NCBI GenBank assembly: GCA_963765575.1 | Contig: CAVXWZ010000011.1 | Coordinates: forward strand, 96,001-160,000 | Length of the DNA: 64,000 nucleotides | DNA from: an uncultured cyanobacterium | GTDB taxonomy: Bacteria; Cyanobacteriota; Cyanobacteriia; PCC-6307; Cyanobiaceae | Reading direction: 5' to 3' | In this document: one piece after another, positions 63,011 through 64,000 of the stretch | Numbering within the stretch: position 1 is the first letter of the stretch | How the letters are laid out: every line of letters starts with the position of its first letter | Notes under the pieces: generated by a model | Database searches by the model: none | Told to the model about the DNA's origin: nothing | What the model saw: only the letters and a program-made list of their open reading frames with translations | Program-made: the position numbers and the translations under genes

Positions 63011-63301
63011 TCAGCGGCAGAACGGCTCCAGCACCTCTTCCAGGTCGCGCAGCTGGCCGGCGGGAATCAGCCGTGCCATCGGCAGGCGGGTGCTGCCGCC
63101 GCCGATCGGCACCTGCACCGCCTCAAGGGCCTGACGGGCGCAGACGCCGCTGCCCTGGTCGAGGCGGGCGGCGCACTCGATCGCCAGCTCCTGGGCCAGA
63201 CCGGCATCACCCAGATACAGGTGCCAGTTGGCCACCTGCAGGTAGAGGCGGTCGGCCAGGGCGTCCCGCAGCTCGTTGAGTTCGGTGGCGGAGAGGGTCA
63301 T
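63011..63301 (-). CDS. DUF3181 family protein
   Basis: LADRLYLQVANWHLYLGDA, VPIGGG. Confidence 0.8.
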   Translation of the reverse strand: MTLSATELNELRDALADRLYLQVANWHLYLGDAGLAQELAIECAARLDQGSGVCARQALEAVQVPIGGGSTRLPMARLIPAGQLRDLEEVLEPFCR

Positions 63302-63543
63302 GGTTCCGGTTGTCGCTCAGGGCGTAGGGCGATCACGGCGCCGGCATGCACCAGCAGGGCCAGCAGCCAGGAGAGGGTGAGCCAGTTGAGGTGCTGCCAG
63401 GGCTGGCGCAGTTCCTGCACCACCCAGAGGCCACTGTTGACGGCGGCGAACAGGGCGGCATGCAGGGTGAGATTCACGATCCGCTCGAAGTGCCGGTAGG
63501 TGGGATCGGCGGGATCGGCCGGGCCGTACCAGCGGATCGGCAT
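63298..63543 (-). CDS. 2TM domain cyanobacterial membrane protein
   Basis: MPIRW...DPTYRHFERIVNLTLHAALFAAVNSGLW. Confidence 0.8.
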   Translation of the reverse strand: MPIRWYGPADPADPTYRHFERIVNLTLHAALFAAVNSGLWVVQELRQPWQHLNWLTLSWLLALLVHAGAVIALRPERQPEP

Positions 63544-63693
63544 GGGTCGCAGCGGCGGGGGACTGCCCCGATCATGGCCCGGACCCGCCCCCGCAGCTGG
63601 CTCTCCCGTTGGCGCCCCAGCTGGCTCAGTAGTTGACGGAAGGGCCCCCCGTGCGCTGAGAATGAGCGTCACGCCGCCTCCGGGCTGGCATCT

Positions 63694-63767
63694 GCGCTTG
63701 TAGCTCAGCGGATTAGAGCATCTGACTACGGATCAGAGGGTCGGGAGTTCGAATCTCTCCAGGCGCG
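63694..63767 (+). tRNA. tRNA-Arg(ACG)
   Basis: GCGCTTG...CAGGCGC acceptor, TCTGA-CTACGGA-TCAGA anticodon arm, GTTCGAATC T loop. Confidence 0.97.
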
Positions 63768-63775
63768 CTTTCCCC

Positions 63776-63805
63776 ACCGCTCCGGGTCACCGGGGCGGTT
63801 TTTTT
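63776..63805 (+). terminator. Rho-independent terminator after tRNA-Arg
   Basis: ACCGCTCCGG-GTCA-CCGGGGCGGT followed by a T run. Confidence 0.88.
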
Positions 63806-63926
63806 ATCGCCCGTTCCGGCGCGCCTGACGTGGCAGCTCTGAGGCGAGGGATGCCGGTGGCGGCCCTGGGCGCTGGATCGGGGCCGCTGCTTTCTTACGA
63901 TTCCGTTGCATTCTCCTGGCGCACCG

Positions 63927-64000
63927 ATGGCCGACCCCGCCGTGATCGATCAACCCCTGGCGGCCGCCGACCCCGCCATCGCCGCCCTGATCGGCAAGGA
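63927..64000 (+). CDS. glyA: Serine hydroxymethyltransferase, N-terminus only
   Basis: MADPAVIDQPLAAADPAIAALIGKE resembles the GlyA start; position after tRNA-Arg fits recalled picocyanobacterial synteny. Confidence 0.7.
   Translation, partial: MADPAVIDQPLAAADPAIAALIGK

Overview
GC-rich (roughly 70% by eye) chromosomal segment of a picocyanobacterium of the Cyanobium/Synechococcus group, judged from psbEFLJ, psbK, ndhCKJ, ycf48, rubA, chlD and cyanobacteria-specific DUF genes. Most of it is core genome. The standout feature is a proteobacterial-type late Kdo-lipid A (Raetz) module that cyanobacteria are generally described as lacking: a translationally coupled DUF374/LpxJ-like acyltransferase-waaA-lpxK-lpxB-msbA operon (31249-37270) directly behind psbJ, plus a lone lpxI (9681-10511) behind hisS. 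The two pieces sit at the two ends of a ~21 kb hisB..psbJ block that appears inverted relative to the usual picocyanobacterial gene order, so they may be one island split by an inversion. Also seen: an inverted-domain (NewPHL-like) photolyase with a Cys cluster near a class I photolyase; a low-GC insertion in the PilQ secretin; a structured leader with two GTA-N8-TAC (NtcA-type) boxes before DUF3155; a decayed GH2-like gene fragment; two tRNAs; and many single-base frameshifts in essential genes that are most likely assembly errors. All family calls come from motif recognition by eye; no searches were run.
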